Positions 55,639 to 63,461 of a stretch of DNA of 64,000 nucleotides are shown piece by piece. The notes under the pieces are model-generated. The model searched no databases. It saw nothing but the letters and a program-made list of their open reading frames with translations, and had not been told where the DNA came from. A program made the position numbers and the translations under genes. The stretch is from assembly GCA_003220265.1 (NCBI GenBank), contig QHRW01000112.1, forward strand, positions 8,814 to 72,813, given 5' to 3'. Each line of letters opens with the position of its first letter. Positions within the stretch are counted from its first letter, which is position 1. The stretch comes from Candidatus Rokuibacteriota bacterium. Its GTDB lineage: Bacteria > Methylomirabilota > Methylomirabilia > Rokubacteriales > CSP1-6.

Positions 55639-56573
55639 AGGGCATGAGAGCGATGACGTTCGTGAGTGGTGCCGCCGTCGGCGCCGGCCTGATGTACCTG
55701 CTGGATCCCGACCGCGGTGAGGACCGTCGCTCCGAGCTGCGCGACACGCTCACGGAGCTGAGCGAGAGCGAGCTGATCGAGCGGGCCGTGGCGCGGGCGC
55801 GCAATCTGGAGCCGCTGGCGGCGGTGCGCGGCCTCGACGTGAACGCCATGCTCGAGCGCCCGTCACGGATGCTGGAGCGGTCGTCGCGGGCGCTGGAGCG
55901 CTCGGGGATGCTGGAGCGCCCGTCGAGCTGGTGGTCGAGCTGGCGCCGGTCCGCGGAGCCCTCGATCCAGCGTGGCCGCGCCCTGGTGGGCCTGCCAAAA
56001 CGCCGGCGCTCGTCGTTCGACGCCGGGGACTGGGCGCTGGTCGGTGGGCTGCTCGGCGCCACGATCGTCGGCCTCTACCTGGGCCGGCGCGCGATGGCCC
56101 GCCGCGACGAGATCGAGGTCGTGCGCTCGGTCACGATCGAGGCACCCGTCGAGCGCCTCTACGAGTTCTGGAACGACTTCGAGAACTTCCCGCGCTTCAT
56201 GTCCCACGTGCGCGAGGTCCGGCGCCTGGGGCCGGATCGCACGCGCTGGGTCGTGGCCGGCCCGGCCGGCGCGCCGGTGGAGTGGGAAGCCGTGGTCACG
56301 CAGCGCGTGCCCAACGAGTCCATCAGCTGGCGCACGGTCGAGGGCTCGGTGATCGAGCACGGCGGCACCGTCCGCTTCCGTCCGGCCGGCCCCAACGCCA
56401 GCCGCGTGGAGGTACGCATGAGGTACCGCCCCGTCGGCGGCAAGGTCGGCCAGACCGTGGCCTCTCTGCTCGGCGCCGATCCCGAGCGCGTCATCGACGA
56501 GGATCTTGCGCGCCTGGCCGCCCAGTTTCGCGGCCAGCGACCGGCGGTGGGCGAGACGGGGACGCGGCGCTGA
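55635..56573 (+). CDS. SRPBCC (polyketide-cyclase-like) protein with YtxH-like N-terminus
   Basis: GAGLMYLLDP-x2-G; W-x-DFENFPRFMSHV, ISW, EDL-x-R. Confidence 0.88.
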   Translation: MKGMRAMTFVSGAAVGAGLMYLLDPDRGEDRRSELRDTLTELSESELIERAVARARNLEPLAAVRGLDVNAMLERPSRMLERSSRALERSGMLERPSSWWSSWRRSAEPSIQRGRALVGLPKRRRSSFDAGDWALVGGLLGATIVGLYLGRRAMARRDEIEVVRSVTIEAPVERLYEFWNDFENFPRFMSHVREVRRLGPDRTRWVVAGPAGAPVEWEAVVTQRVPNESISWRTVEGSVIEHGGTVRFRPAGPNASRVEVRMRYRPVGGKVGQTVASLLGADPERVIDEDLARLAAQFRGQRPAVGETGTRR

Positions 56574-57340
56574 TCGGCTCCGTCGTCCGGGTGGCAGCGG
56601 TCGGCGACCTGCACTGCGGGAAGGACTCGCAGGGCGCGTTGCAGCCGCTGTTCGCCCGGGTGGCGGACGCCGCCGACGTTCTCGTGCTGTGCGGCGACCT
56701 CACGGACTACGGCCTGCCCGAGGAGGCGAAGGTCCTGGTCCGTGAGCTCGCCGGCACGGTGAAGGTGCCAGTGCTGGGCGTCTTCGGCAACCACGACTAC
56801 GAGTCGGGCCACGCCGACGAGGTGAAGACGATTCTCGGCGATGCCGGCGTGCGCATCCTCGACGGCGACTTCGTCGAGATCGGCGGCGTGGGCTTCGCCG
56901 GCGTCAAGGGGTTCGCGGGCGGCTTCGGCGACCGCGCGCTCCAGTCGTGGGGCGAGCCGGTGCTCAAGCGCTTCGTGCGCGAGGCGGTGGAGGAAGCGCT
57001 GAAGCTGGAGGCGGCGCTGGCGCGTATCCAGGCGCCGCGGCGGCTGGCGGTGCTGCACTACTCGCCGGTGCGCTCCACCGTGGATCAGGAGCCGTGCGAG
57101 GTGGTGCCGTTCCTCGGCTCGAGCCGCCTGGAAGAGCCGATCAACCGCTACGGCGCAGTGGCCGCGGTGCACGGCCACGCGCATCACGGCGTGGCGGAAG
57201 GCCGGACCAGTACGGGCATCCCGGTCTACAACGTGGCGCTGCCGCTCCTGCGCGCCGCATACGGCGATCGCCCGCCGTTCCGGCTGCTCGAAATTCCCAT
57301 ACCCCAGGAGGCCGCCGTGCCGGCGGCATCGACCCAATGA
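56570..57340 (+). CDS. Calcineurin-like metallophosphoesterase
   Basis: GDLH, GDLTD, GNHD, LHY, HGHAH; start CTG 56570 or GTG 56591. Confidence 0.9.
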   Translation: MIGSVVRVAAVGDLHCGKDSQGALQPLFARVADAADVLVLCGDLTDYGLPEEAKVLVRELAGTVKVPVLGVFGNHDYESGHADEVKTILGDAGVRILDGDFVEIGGVGFAGVKGFAGGFGDRALQSWGEPVLKRFVREAVEEALKLEAALARIQAPRRLAVLHYSPVRSTVDQEPCEVVPFLGSSRLEEPINRYGAVAAVHGHAHHGVAEGRTSTGIPVYNVALPLLRAAYGDRPPFRLLEIPIPQEAAVPAASTQ

Positions 57341-58206
57341 GCGTCGCCGAGACCGCCCTTGATCCCGTGTCCCGCGCCTTCTACCGCCGCGTCATGCACG
57401 ACCTGGAGTCGCACGGGATCCCGTTCCTGGTCGGCGGCGCCTATGCCTTCGAGCGCTACACGGCGATCGGGCGCCACACCAAGGACTTCGACATCTTCAT
57501 CCACCCGCGCGACGTCGAGCGCGCGCTGGCGGTGCTGGCGGCCGAGGGCTGCGCGACGGACGTGACGTTTCCCCACTGGCTGGCCAAGGCCACCTGCGGC
57601 GACGACGTCGTCGATCTGATCTTCAGCTCGGGCAACGGCGTGGCGCTGGTCGACGACGACTGGTTCCGTCACGGCGTGGCCGAGACCGTGCTGGACGTGC
57701 CGGTGAAGCTCATCCCGGCCGAGGAGATGATCTGGTCCAAGTCGTTCGTGATGGAGCGCGAGCGCTACGACGGGGCCGACGTGGCCCACGTGCTGCGCGC
57801 GTGCGCCGACACGCTCGACTGGCCGCGCCTGCTCACGCGCTTCGGGCCGCACTGGCGCGTGCTCTTCCACCACCTGGTCGTCTTCGGCTTCATCTACCCG
57901 TGCGAGCGCGCCCGCATCCCGGCGGCCGTCATGCGCGAGCTGATGGGCCGGCTCGAGGCCGAGCTGACGCGCTCGGCCAGCGACCGCGCCTGCCACGGCA
58001 CGCTGATCTCGCGCGCGCAATACCTCACCGACCTCGAGCGCTGGGGCTACAGCGATCCGCGCCTGGCCCCGCGCGGCAACATGACCGCCGAGGAGCGGGC
58101 GCGCTGGACGGCCGGCATCGCCAAGGACGGCCCGGGCGCCGTCGAGCACCTCGTGGAGGCGGCGCAGGAGGAAGCCGGCACGCCCGGTCAGGCGCGAGCC
58201 GCGTGA
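57337..58206 (+). CDS. Pol-beta-superfamily nucleotidyltransferase
   Basis: LVGGAYA-x8-TKDFD, VDLIF; ATGA overlap. Confidence 0.85.
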   Translation: MSVAETALDPVSRAFYRRVMHDLESHGIPFLVGGAYAFERYTAIGRHTKDFDIFIHPRDVERALAVLAAEGCATDVTFPHWLAKATCGDDVVDLIFSSGNGVALVDDDWFRHGVAETVLDVPVKLIPAEEMIWSKSFVMERERYDGADVAHVLRACADTLDWPRLLTRFGPHWRVLFHHLVVFGFIYPCERARIPAAVMRELMGRLEAELTRSASDRACHGTLISRAQYLTDLERWGYSDPRLAPRGNMTAEERARWTAGIAKDGPGAVEHLVEAAQEEAGTPGQARAA

Positions 58207-58212
58207 CCGAGA

Positions 58213-58278
58213 AGCGGCTCGGGCTCCCCGAGCCGCTGCGAGCGGGTAGGGGTGTGGGGGCCATGTCGGGGCCCCCAC
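58213..58278. repeat. REP-like element copy E
   Basis: GCGGCTCGGG-CTC-CCCGAGCCGC plus GTGGGGGCCATGTCGGGGCCCCCAC between convergent genes. Confidence 0.72.
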
Positions 58279-58283
58279 TAGAA

Positions 58284-59474
58284 TCAGCGCGACAGATCGA
58301 AGCGGCCGCGCGGGGCGTTGAGCGACGCCCACAGGTCGCCGAGCTTGGCCACGCGGGCGGGGACGTTGTCCATCCGGAAGTCGTCGAGGGCGAAGCCGCG
58401 CGTGACCTCGTCCCACGTGACCGGTGTCGACACGGTCGCGCGCGGCCGCGGGCGCACGGAGTAGACCGACGCCAGCGTGCGCCCCCAGGCGTTCTGGTTG
58501 TAGTCGACCAGCACGCGGCCGGCCGGCCGCGCCTCCTTGCGGTACACCGCCGTCAGGAGCTTCGGATGGCGGCGGGCCAGGTCGAGCGAGATGGTCTTGC
58601 TCACCGTCCACACGTCTTTTTGCGTCGGCCCCCGCACGATCGGCACGTACACGTGGAGGCCACGCGAGCCGGTGGTCTTCACGAACGTCGGCATCGAGAG
58701 ACCCGTCAACGTCTCGTTGACGACGAGCGCGGCTTCCCTGAGGGCGTCGAACGGCACGTCGCCGACGGGATCGAGGTCGAAGTGCAGGTAGTCGGGGCGG
58801 TCCACGTCGTCGCAGCGGGCGTACCACTGGTTGAGATCGATGCAGCCCAGGTTGATCACCCACAGCAGCGCGGCCACGTCGTCGATCACGGGGAAGTCGA
58901 TGACGTTGCCGGAGGCGTGCTCGATGGCGCACGTCTCGATCCACTCCGGGCGCGGCTGGGGGGCGCGCTTCATGAAGAAGAAGTCGCCGGCGGCGCCGTT
59001 GGGATAGCGCTTCATGACCATCGCCCGGTCGCGGATGTGCGGCAGCAGCGCGTCGGCCACATCGACGTAGTACTGCAGCAGGTCGCGCTTGGTGGCGCCG
59101 ATCTCCGGGAAGAAGACCTTGTCGAGGTTGGTCAGCCGGACCTTGCGATCGCCGACCACGACCTCGACGTCGCCGCGTACCTTCGGGATCTCGATCTTCC
59201 CGGGGCGCGCGGCTGCCGGGCCGGCCGCGCGCGTACGCGCCGCCGGGTGATGATCGCGCGTCGCGCGCGGTTTACCGCCCGCCGCTGGCACTCGCGTCGC
59301 CCGCGATCGGCTGTCCGCCGCTGTCGCCGGCGGCTTGCGTCCTGCGGTTGCCGGCCGCGTCGCACGGGGCGTGCTGGTCGCGGCTGCGGCCCGCGTCGCG
59401 CGCGGCGTGCTGGCGGCTGCGGCCCGCGTCGCGCGCGGCGTGCTGGCGGCTGCCGCCCGTTTCGCGCGCGGCAT
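58284..59474 (-). CDS. Stand-alone LigD polymerase (AEP) with basic repeat N-tail
   Basis: LTNLDKVF, TK-x-DL-x2-YY, RYP-x-G, FDLDP, KTTGSRGLH, DYNQN. Confidence 0.92.
   Translation of the reverse strand: MPRAKRAAAASTPRATRAAAASTPRATRAAAATSTPRATRPATAGRKPPATAADSRSRATRVPAAGGKPRATRDHHPAARTRAAGPAAARPGKIEIPKVRGDVEVVVGDRKVRLTNLDKVFFPEIGATKRDLLQYYVDVADALLPHIRDRAMVMKRYPNGAAGDFFFMKRAPQPRPEWIETCAIEHASGNVIDFPVIDDVAALLWVINLGCIDLNQWYARCDDVDRPDYLHFDLDPVGDVPFDALREAALVVNETLTGLSMPTFVKTTGSRGLHVYVPIVRGPTQKDVWTVSKTISLDLARRHPKLLTAVYRKEARPAGRVLVDYNQNAWGRTLASVYSVRPRPRATVSTPVTWDEVTRGFALDDFRMDNVPARVAKLGDLWASLNAPRGRFDLSR
59355..59460 (-). repeat. 33-36-bp coding repeat (AAAASTPRATR x3)
   Basis: Visible in both DNA and translation. 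Confidence 0.8.
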
Positions 59475-60070
59475 CAGCGCACCGGCGCCAGACGCGGCGG
59501 CCGCGGGCCGTGGCGCACGGCGCCCGCCAGGGGCACGTAGGCCAGCTCCTGCCGCTCGCGCACGCAGCGCAGGAGCAGCCCGCCGCGGCTCATGTCGCCC
59601 CGGCCCACGAACTCCGCGGGAAACGTCAGGCGCTCGCCGAACACACCCAGCAGGACGTCGACGTACTTGTCGGAGGCGATCGAGCCGAGCAGCGTGACGG
59701 CGCCCTCGGGGCCCACCCACTCGGCCACGGTCTTCGCGGAGGCCAGCAGCGGCCGGCGGTAGCGCGGGTTGCCGGCCTTGATGTCCACGCGCGCGGCCAG
59801 GCGCAGCGTCTCCAGCGTCACGCGATCGTCGGCGGGCCGCAGCCCTGCGTTGGTCGTGATCACCAGCGGCAGGCCGAACGTGTTCGCGTACGCGAGCTTG
59901 CCGCGGAAGTAGAGTCCCGAGAGGAACGAGAAGACCTCGCCCAGCGTCGCGCCCTCTTCGCCGCGCAGGCGGCGCGCGAGATCGAAGTTGGCGCGCGGCG
60001 AGAAGAGGAGCTGGGCGCGCTCGCCCCCGCAGTGCGCGGGAGAGAGAAGGAAGACGCGAGGGAGGCCCAT
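59474..60070 (-). CDS. Hypothetical protein coupled to the LigD polymerase
   Basis: FLLSPA, FSFLSGLYFRGK, LLGSIA-x2-KY, GRGDMSRGG; TGATG coupling. Confidence 0.8.
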   Translation of the reverse strand: MGLPRVFLLSPAHCGGERAQLLFSPRANFDLARRLRGEEGATLGEVFSFLSGLYFRGKLAYANTFGLPLVITTNAGLRPADDRVTLETLRLAARVDIKAGNPRYRRPLLASAKTVAEWVGPEGAVTLLGSIASDKYVDVLLGVFGERLTFPAEFVGRGDMSRGGLLLRCVRERQELAYVPLAGAVRHGPRPPRLAPVR

Positions 60071-60112
60071 CAGCGCGACGACGACCGGTTCAGGCGGCCC
60101 CGACCGCCGCGC

Positions 60113-60268
60113 TCACGGATCGCTGCAGTCGGCATACGTCCCGCAGTTGTCGCACACGATCTTGCACTTGCGCTCGTGCATCGGCTCTCCGCACCGCGGG
60201 CACGTCCGTGCACCGTCACGCGCTCCGGCCGATCGGCTGGGGGCCAGCGCCCCGTCCTGGGTCGTCAT
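60113..60268 (-). CDS. Small Cys-rich zinc-ribbon microprotein (51 aa)
   Basis: CPRC-x8-CK-x2-CDNCG-x3-DCSD. Confidence 0.7.
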   Translation of the reverse strand: MTTQDGALAPSRSAGARDGARTCPRCGEPMHERKCKIVCDNCGTYADCSDP

Positions 60269-60350
60269 GCGCCCACAGTGAACCCAGATCCCGTCGCTCG
60301 TCAATTTCGAATGCGTCCGGGCCGTCCGGGTTCAGCCGTACACTAGGCGA

Positions 60351-60848
60351 GTGGACAACGAGTGGTCGGATCCCGAGTTCCTGGGCGCGGTCTTCGCAAA
60401 GACGGAGATCGTGCGCAAGCCGCTGACCGGGATCATCACGGGCTATCACGTGCTGCCCTACATCCTGGTGGCGCCGGAGCACGAGCGGCCGAGTCACGCC
60501 GTCGAGGTGCGAGGCCGCATCAAGGTGTCGCCGCGGCTGGTGCTGGCCGCCGGCGGCGACGGGCCCACGTACGGCGAGCTGTTCGGCGAGCGCGAGCTGA
60601 TGGACCGGCGGCTGGTGGCTCGCGTGTTCAGCTTCCGCTATGCCTCGAAGGTGATGCTGGAGTCCGAGGATCTGGCGATCCGGCGTCACGAGCACGATGC
60701 CACCCGGCATCTCGAACGGGTGCTCGACGAGCTGGCGCGGCGGGAGGTCATCGACACCGGCGTCATCGTGTCGCCGGACGCGCGCTTCTACCCGGTATCC
60801 CTCGACCGCTTCATCCGCGAAATCCTCGAGCAGGAATTTCGAGCGTAG
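60351..60848 (+). CDS. Hypothetical protein
   Basis: 165-aa ORF with natural composition; TACACT 6 nt before GTG. Confidence 0.75.
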   Translation: MDNEWSDPEFLGAVFAKTEIVRKPLTGIITGYHVLPYILVAPEHERPSHAVEVRGRIKVSPRLVLAAGGDGPTYGELFGERELMDRRLVARVFSFRYASKVMLESEDLAIRRHEHDATRHLERVLDELARREVIDTGVIVSPDARFYPVSLDRFIREILEQEFRA

Positions 60849-61197
60849 CCAGCAGGTCGGTCAGCGCCGAGGGATCGACCGGCTTCACCAGCAGGGAGTT
60901 GAAGCCGGCCTCCGTGGCCCGCTTCCGGTCCTCCGGCTGACCGTAGCCGGTGAGCGCGATGAGCAGCGGTCGCGGGCCGCCGCCGGCGCGAATGCGGCGG
61001 GCCACCTCGTAGCCGTCGATGCCGGGCAGCCCGATGTCGATCAGCGCGATGTCGGGATCCTTGCCACGGGCGATCTCCAGGGCCTCGAGACCCTCGCCGG
61101 CCGTCTCCACCCGGTGCCCGTCCAGCTCGAGCAGCATGCGCAGCGCGTCACGGGCGTCGGCGTTGTCCTCGACGATCAGGATGAATCGGCCCTGCAT
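60811..61197 (-). CDS. Single-domain response regulator receiver
   Basis: IVEDN, IDIGLP, LTG, KP; AAGGAG RBS. Confidence 0.9.
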   Translation of the reverse strand: MQGRFILIVEDNADARDALRMLLELDGHRVETAGEGLEALEIARGKDPDIALIDIGLPGIDGYEVARRIRAGGGPRPLLIALTGYGQPEDRKRATEAGFNSLLVKPVDPSALTDLLATLEIPARGFRG

Positions 61198-61341
61198 GAA
61201 GGCTCCTTGGAGGGGGCTGCTGAATTCACGATACCATCCCTGACAAGCGCGCACACCGGGGGCGGCCGTCGCCTTGACACGTCGAAGCGGCGGGTGCTAC
61301 CTAGTCGGCGCGCTTACCGACCGCAGGGAGGAAAATCCCGC

Positions 61342-62468
61342 ATGACGCTCAAAGGCACGATCGCGCTCACGCTCGTTGCGGCCCTCGCGGGCGGCAGCCT
61401 GCCGGCCGCCGCCCAGGGACCGATCCGCATCGGCGCTTCGCTGTCGCTCACCGGCACCTACGCGAAGCTCGGCAAGAACCAGCACGAGGGCTACCAGCTC
61501 TGCATCAAGGAGCTCAACGCCAAGGGCGGCCTGCTCGGCCGCAAGCTCGACCTCGTCATGTACGACGACCAGTCGCTGCCGCCCACCGCCGTGCGCCTCT
61601 ACGAGAAGCTCATCACCGAGGACAAGGTGGACGCGGTGATGGGGCCGTACTCCTCGCCGGTCTCCGAGGCCGCCGCCAACGTCACCGAGAAGTACAAGAA
61701 GGTGATGGTGGCGCCGCTGGCCGCCACCACGTCGATCTTCAAGAAGGGCCGCAAGTACATGTTCATGGTCATCTCGCCGGCCGAGGGCTACCTGGAAGGC
61801 CTGGTGGACATGGCGGCCAAGCGCGGGCTCAAGACCGTCGCCGTCGTCAACGAGGACACGCTGTTCTCCAAGGCCGCGGCCTCGGGCGCGGTCGAGCTGG
61901 CCAAGAAGAAGGGCCTGCAGGTGGTCTTCACCGAGGCCTACCCGAAGGGCAACACGGACTTCTCGGCGCTGCTGACCAAGCTCAGGGCGGCCAACCCCGA
62001 CGTCGTCGCCGCCGCCACCTACTTCGACGACGCCGTCGCGCTCACGCGCCAGATGAAGGAGCTGAACGTCAACCCGAAGATGTACGGGGTGACGGTCGGC
62101 GGCGACCTGCCGGAGTTCTACGACACGCTCAAGCAGAACGCCGAGTACATCTACGGCGCCACCCAGTGGGAGCACACGCTGCCCTACCCCGGCAACCAGG
62201 AGTTCTTCGACACCTACAAGAAGGAGTTCGCCCACGAGCCCTCCTACCACTCGGCCGCCGGCTATGCCGGCTGCCTGATCTACGCCGAGGGCGTGCGGCG
62301 GGCCGGCTCGCTCGACGCCGACAAGGTCCGCGAGGCGCTGCTGAAGCTGGAGCTCAAGACGGCGTTGTCACCTTCCAGTGGCAGGGCGAGAAGAAGGTCA
62401 CCGTGTGGCCCGACGACCTCGCCCAGGGCAAGGCGCGCTTCCCGACGCCGGCCTGGAACGCACGATAG
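61342..62468 (+). pseudogene. Branched-chain amino-acid ABC substrate-binding protein with a frameshifting deletion near 62366
   Basis: LivJ/K-like sequence to ...LELKTA; the C-terminus VTFQWQGEKKVTVWP...FPTP-x-W lies in another frame (stop 62468). Confidence 0.75.
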
Positions 62469-62471
62469 AAC

Positions 62472-62551
62472 TCGGAGGGGGCCTCGACGGCCCCCTCCGA
62501 TGCCTCCCCCGGACCAAACGGCAGGATTGCGCCGGCAAAGCCGGCGCTCGA
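62472..62551. repeat. REP-like element copy F (diverged)
   Basis: TCGGAGGGGGCC-TCGAC-GGCCCCCTCCGA plus GCGCCGGC-AAA-GCCGGCGC; 3 nt after TAG. Confidence 0.65.
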
Positions 62552-62582
62552 AAATCCCGGCCATGAGCGAGACGACGGAGCC

Positions 62583-63461
62583 ATGAGCGTGGTGGTGACG
62601 CCGGAGATGATCGGGCAGGTGGTCATCTCCGGCATCTTGTCCGGGGCGCTCTATGCGATGGTCGCGCTCGGCCTCGCCTTGATCTTCGGCGTGATGCGCG
62701 TGATCAACATCGCGCACGGGCCGCTGCTGATGCTGGGCGCCTACGTCACCTTCTTTCTCTACAGCCGCACGGGCATGAACCCGTTCCTCACGGTGCCGCT
62801 GGCGATGGCGGCGCTCTTCGTGGTGGGCGTGCTGCTGCAGCGCACGCTGGTCTTCCGCGTGGTCGATGCGCCCGAGCTCTCGTCGCTGCTGCTGACGTTC
62901 GGGATCTCGATCGCCCTGGTCAACGTCGCCCAGAACCTCTTCACGTCGGACCTGCGCGCGGTGGAGTACATCACGGGCTCGTGGAGCGTGGGCGGAGTCG
63001 CGCTGTCCAAGCCGCGCTTCATCGCGTTCGTGTTCGCGCTGGCGGTGACGGGCGCCGCGTTCCTCTTCCTCAAGACGACCCGGCTCGGCAAGGCCATCCG
63101 CGCCACCTCGCAGAGCCGTGAGGTGGCGCTGGTGTGCGGCATCGACGTCGGGCGCATCCACATGCTCACGTTCGGGCTGGCCAGCGCGCTGGCCGCCGGC
63201 GGCGGCGCGCTGCTGGCGGTGATCGTGGCGATCCAGCCGGAGATGGGCGGCGTGTGGACGTTCAAGTCGTTCCTGGTGATCGTGCTGGGCGGCGCCGGCA
63301 ACTATCCCGGCGCGCTCCTCGGCGGGCTCCTGCTCGGTCTCGTCGAGCAGCTCGCCTCGCTCTTCCTCACCACGCAGCTCTCCGAGGTCGTGGCCTACGT
63401 GCTGCTCGTGCTGGTCTTGCTCGTCCGGCCGACCGGCCTGCTGGGCGGCCGCCAGACGTGA
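62583..63461 (+). CDS. Branched-chain amino-acid ABC permease (LivH-like)
   Basis: ALGLALIFG-x4-IN-x-AHG, T-x-LG-x-AIRA, LGG-x-G, RPTGL. Confidence 0.94.
   Translation: MSVVVTPEMIGQVVISGILSGALYAMVALGLALIFGVMRVINIAHGPLLMLGAYVTFFLYSRTGMNPFLTVPLAMAALFVVGVLLQRTLVFRVVDAPELSSLLLTFGISIALVNVAQNLFTSDLRAVEYITGSWSVGGVALSKPRFIAFVFALAVTGAAFLFLKTTRLGKAIRATSQSREVALVCGIDVGRIHMLTFGLASALAAGGGALLAVIVAIQPEMGGVWTFKSFLVIVLGGAGNYPGALLGGLLLGLVEQLASLFLTTQLSEVVAYVLLVLVLLVRPTGLLGGRQT

Noticed and set aside
57337-58206. NTase as a CBASS CD-NTase or MNT-HEPN antitoxin
   Set aside because: No Cap effector, E1/E2/JAB or HEPN neighbour; the motif is GG...DxD and the partner is a phosphoesterase
60697-62586. 629-aa ORF as a real protein
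   Set aside because: The N-terminal part is antisense to the receiver gene; the true start is 61342, and the tail arises from the frameshift
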